This document shows, piece after piece, positions 61,064 to 64,000 of a DNA stretch of 64,000 nt. Position numbers and translations under genes: made by a program. Source of the stretch: Spirochaetaceae bacterium (GTDB taxonomy: Bacteria; Spirochaetota; Spirochaetia; DSM-2461). How positions within the stretch are numbered: position 1 is the stretch's first letter; each line of letters starts with the position of its first letter. The stretch covers positions 352,001-416,000 of the forward strand of contig JAOPTT010000009.1 of the NCBI GenBank assembly GCA_051531975.1. The letters run 5' to 3'. The notes beneath the pieces are model-generated. The model did no database searches. It was not told where the DNA came from and saw nothing but the letters and a program-made list of their open reading frames with translations.

Positions 61064-61237
61064 TTAATCTTGTGGAATAAAGATTGCCATTAAAATATAA
61101 GGTATTATTCCAATACCAGAAACTATAAATAGTATTCTAATAATTAGTGGATCTATATTAAAATATTCAGCTAAACCACCACAAACTCCTGCAAATACAC
61201 AACTTCTAGATGATCTAGTTAATTTTTTTGTACTCAT
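61064..61237 (-). CDS. pspC: PspC-domain membrane protein (57 aa)
   Basis: Below ORF-track cutoff; MSTKKLTRSSRSCVFAGVCGGLAEYFNIDPLIIRILF...PYILMAIFIPQD; GAGGAG RBS, start overlaps upstream stop. Confidence 0.9.
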   Translation of the reverse strand: MSTKKLTRSSRSCVFAGVCGGLAEYFNIDPLIIRILFIVSGIGIIPYILMAIFIPQD

Positions 61238-61638
61238 TATATAATCTCCTCTTTCTTAAACCAATTTAAAGCACCTTCCATAGTATTAAAAACTAATGTG
61301 CTCTCCATAAATGCAAGATGAACTTCTGATTTAGTAATGATCTCTAAAAAATCATTATTTATAACTATTATCCTTTTAATTGCTGGTTTCTCTATGTTAA
61401 ACCTTTTATTAAAATTATTAGCAATAACGTAGGCTTCGTGGGTAGCACCCTCAAATTTCAACAGGTTTATTAAAGTATAATAATCAGTTTTTATATCTAA
61501 AATAGCTTTTTCTAACTCTTTATAATATGCTTTACTACCTTCAACGTTAAAGGAACCAATTAGTATGGAGTTTATTATATTATTTTTAGTTTCAACTTTA
61601 AATTCACCATGTATGTTCATAATTATATGATCCAACAT
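61237..61638 (-). CDS. Hypothetical protein, possibly STAS/SpoIIAA-like fold
   Basis: 133 aa, GAGG RBS; C-terminal FNTMEGALNWF resembles SpoIIAA-like termini. Confidence 0.6.
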   Translation of the reverse strand: MLDHIIMNIHGEFKVETKNNIINSILIGSFNVEGSKAYYKELEKAILDIKTDYYTLINLLKFEGATHEAYVIANNFNKRFNIEKPAIKRIIVINNDFLEIITKSEVHLAFMESTLVFNTMEGALNWFKKEEII

Positions 61639-61661
61639 CTAACCTCTCTTTTCAAGTAAAA

Positions 61662-62519
61662 TTACCTAAAAAGTGAAGTCATCCCTTTCGATTCTGCTAG
61701 TTTAGCCATTTCTAATGTATAGTTTCTAGTAGGATCGAAATTCTCAGCTGCTTGTATGATTTTAGGGAATATTTTTACCTCTGCAGCTGAATTTATAAAA
61801 CTTCTTTCTAGTTTTAAAACATAACCAATCAAAATATCAATATCATCCTGTTCATCAAATGGCTGGTACCATGTTGAGTAGTTTTGTTTTTTATCCCCCC
61901 ATGGTCCTCGGCATATAGTTTTAATGCACTGAAATGCAAGTTTCTTTTTTAATGCTAAAGCATGTAGTTTATTAAAATCATGTTTATACCCAGGGATCTG
62001 CATTAAAGAGTAGTTATAAGGTAATAAAACAGAGTCAAAATCAAACTCTTTAAGGCTTCTTAGATGCATAGATGGTACAATTAGTTCATGCCCTGTAATA
62101 CCTAAGTTTTTTACAAGGCCCTTCTCTTTTGCTTCAATAAATGCTTCAAGTGCTCCACTTTCGCCATATGTTTGTTGCCAATGTTCTTCATCTATTAACA
62201 AGTGCATCTGCCATAGATCGATATGGTCAGTTTTTAACAGATCTAATGACCTATAAAGTTCTTCTAAAGCTGCTTTTTTACTTCGTTGTTCTGTCTTTGT
62301 AGCTAAGAAAAACTTATCCCTGTGGTGTTTTATCCACGGACCTAATCTAAGTTCAGATTTTCCATAACTTGCAGCTGTATCGATATGGTTAATTCCTTTT
62401 TCAATAACTAACTCCATAGTTTTATCAGCTGTCTTTTGATCTTCATCATAAAATGCCGCAGCACCAAATAGTATTCTAGTTGATAAGTGGTTAGTTTTTC
62501 CGAACTCTAATTTTTCCAT
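61662..62519 (-). CDS. Aldo/keto reductase
   Basis: GINHIDTAASYG, FFLATK, SLDLLKTDHIDLWQMH, LGITGH. Confidence 0.92.
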   Translation of the reverse strand: MEKLEFGKTNHLSTRILFGAAAFYDEDQKTADKTMELVIEKGINHIDTAASYGKSELRLGPWIKHHRDKFFLATKTEQRSKKAALEELYRSLDLLKTDHIDLWQMHLLIDEEHWQQTYGESGALEAFIEAKEKGLVKNLGITGHELIVPSMHLRSLKEFDFDSVLLPYNYSLMQIPGYKHDFNKLHALALKKKLAFQCIKTICRGPWGDKKQNYSTWYQPFDEQDDIDILIGYVLKLERSFINSAAEVKIFPKIIQAAENFDPTRNYTLEMAKLAESKGMTSLFR

Positions 62520-62605
62520 GGATAACTCCTAATATATATAATTTATAGTATATCATATACTTATACCTATTCCCTGACAAAAATTAGCTACTAAATGAGC
62601 ACATC

Positions 62606-62631
62606 ACCAATGATTACCAATGATTACCAAT
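62606..62631 (+). repeat. 10-bp tandem repeat (2.6 copies)
   Basis: ACCAATGATT ACCAATGATT ACCAAT in intergenic DNA. Confidence 0.7.
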
Positions 62632-62658
62632 AAATTAGTCATACTTAATACATTTTAT

Positions 62659-63999
62659 TCAGCAAACCTCAACTCTATTTCTACCATTTTTTTTAGCTTT
62701 ATATAGAGCTTTATCAGCCCTTGAAATAATATCTAAATGATTGTCACCATCTTTATAAGTCGTAATACCAATACTAGCCGTAATTTTTCGAACATCTGTA
62801 ATAAATGTTGATTCTATCTTTGTACGAAGGTTTTCTGAAAGAGTTAAAAGTCCTGCCTCAGTAATTGATGAGCAAATAATTAAGAACTCTTCACCACCCC
62901 ATCTTCCTAATATATCAATCTCTCTGATTCTATTCTTTAGAATTCCAGCAAACTCCTTAAGTGTTGTATCTCCAATATTATGCCCATAAGTATCATTAAC
63001 TCTTTTGAACAGATCTATATCGATTAAGATAATACCCATAGTATGATTATGCCGTTTAGCTTTTAGCAGCTCTACTTCTAATACTTTATTAAGCTTGTTT
63101 CTATTATAAATAAGAGTTAGAGGGTCTATTAATGCCATCCTTTTTAATTCTATTTGTAATAAACTTAAACTTTCCATAGCTTTGTGTGTTTTATGTTCTG
63201 AAATTGAAAGTTTACGATTCCAAAATAGCGTAATAAATAATAAAAAGATTAAACTTAGCCCCACCTTTGTAATAGTGCTATAATCTACTCTTTCTGATAA
63301 AACTATTGCGATCCACCTATTTACTATTTGATTTTTCTCTTCTTCGGTTATACTTCTTAACGCTTTTTGAATTATTGAGTAGAGAATTTTATTATTTTTT
63401 GCAGTTGCAATTTTTAGTTCCATCTGTTCATTTTTAATAAGTGCTGAAATTTTTATATCTAATTTATATTCATCTTGTAAATGGTAAGATACAACTGCAG
63501 ATGAGTCGATATATCCATAAGCAATACCATCTCTTAGAGCTTTGAAACCATCCTCTATATTATCCACTTCTGAAATATTAAAATTTCTGTTTATTAAGGT
63601 TTGGCCAATAGAGCTGTCTTTTATAACCAAAAAAGTTTCGTCTATTAAAGTATTAATATCATTGATAAAAAGTTTTTCATTGGTTGTCACTACCACATAT
63701 GGAAAAGATAGATATGGTTCTGTATAGTTAAACCCTTCAATTACATCCGATGGATTTTCGGTTATTGTTATTAAATCAGCATCACCATTTTGAACTGCAC
63801 TTAACTCTTCTGACAGTGAGTTCGTTGGATAAAGTTCAAATACAATACCGATTTTATCAGAAAGTAACTTCATATAATCGTATACGATACCTTTAGGTTC
63901 TTGGTCAGTAATAATTAACTCAAATGGTGGAGCATTACTTTCCATACCCATACGTATCACACTCTTTTGGCTAAGATAGCTTAACTCTTCTCCTGTGAA
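62659..63999 (-). CDS. Diguanylate cyclase with periplasmic SBP-3 sensor domain (5' end beyond window)
   Basis: Frame open past 63960 to the window edge (FTGEELSYLSQKSVIRMG); PPF motif, TM helix, DPLTLIYNR, DIDLFKRVNDTYGH, I-site REID, GGEEF. Confidence 0.92.
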   Translation of the reverse strand, partial: FTGEELSYLSQKSVIRMGMESNAPPFELIITDQEPKGIVYDYMKLLSDKIGIVFELYPTNSLSEELSAVQNGDADLITITENPSDVIEGFNYTEPYLSFPYVVVTTNEKLFINDINTLIDETFLVIKDSSIGQTLINRNFNISEVDNIEDGFKALRDGIAYGYIDSSAVVSYHLQDEYKLDIKISALIKNEQMELKIATAKNNKILYSIIQKALRSITEEEKNQIVNRWIAIVLSERVDYSTITKVGLSLIFLLFITLFWNRKLSISEHKTHKAMESLSLLQIELKRMALIDPLTLIYNRNKLNKVLEVELLKAKRHNHTMGIILIDIDLFKRVNDTYGHNIGDTTLKEFAGILKNRIREIDILGRWGGEEFLIICSSITEAGLLTLSENLRTKIESTFITDVRKITASIGITTYKDGDNHLDIISRADKALYKAKKNGRNRVEVC

Positions 64000-64000
64000 T

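Overview
AT-rich bacterial chromosome segment, probably from a free-living spirochaete (inferred from gene content and signal-peptide style; not verified). I found no rRNA, tRNA, IS element, prophage or CRISPR array. In order: (1) an arabinan/arabinose locus with GH51 abfA (cut by the window edge), an araNPQ-type ABC importer, an ArsR-type regulator and an egsA/araM glycerol-1-phosphate dehydrogenase. (2) A sigma54 two-component system whose soluble kinase is an unusual fusion of a sugar-ABC ATPase domain, a PAS-like domain and a histidine kinase; it is divergent from a ytfQRT-yjfF-type furanose ABC operon that has a near-consensus -24/-12 promoter. (3) proS, a CNNM/CorC protein with a short upstream ORF, GH20, and a K+-dependent membrane pyrophosphatase with a hypothetical partner. 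(4) A TPR-like exported protein and TetR. (5) An IclR-led uronate cluster: 607-aa unknown, GPH transporter, GH105, kduI, kduD, TIM-barrel isomerase. (6) An acidic lipoprotein plus outer-membrane beta-barrel that share a palindromic operator with the TPR gene 10 kb away. (7) ThiF-like enzyme, htpG, a solute-binding protein, an MCP, a TRAP transporter with a YesM/YesN-type system, and hisI. (8) A 1693-aa secreted protein, alpha-2-macroglobulin and pbpC. (9) pspC, a hypothetical, an aldo/keto reductase and a diguanylate cyclase cut by the window edge. The best candidate for an undescribed system is the ABC-ATPase/histidine-kinase circuit at 6.4-14.3 kb. All family calls come from motif recognition by eye, not database searches.
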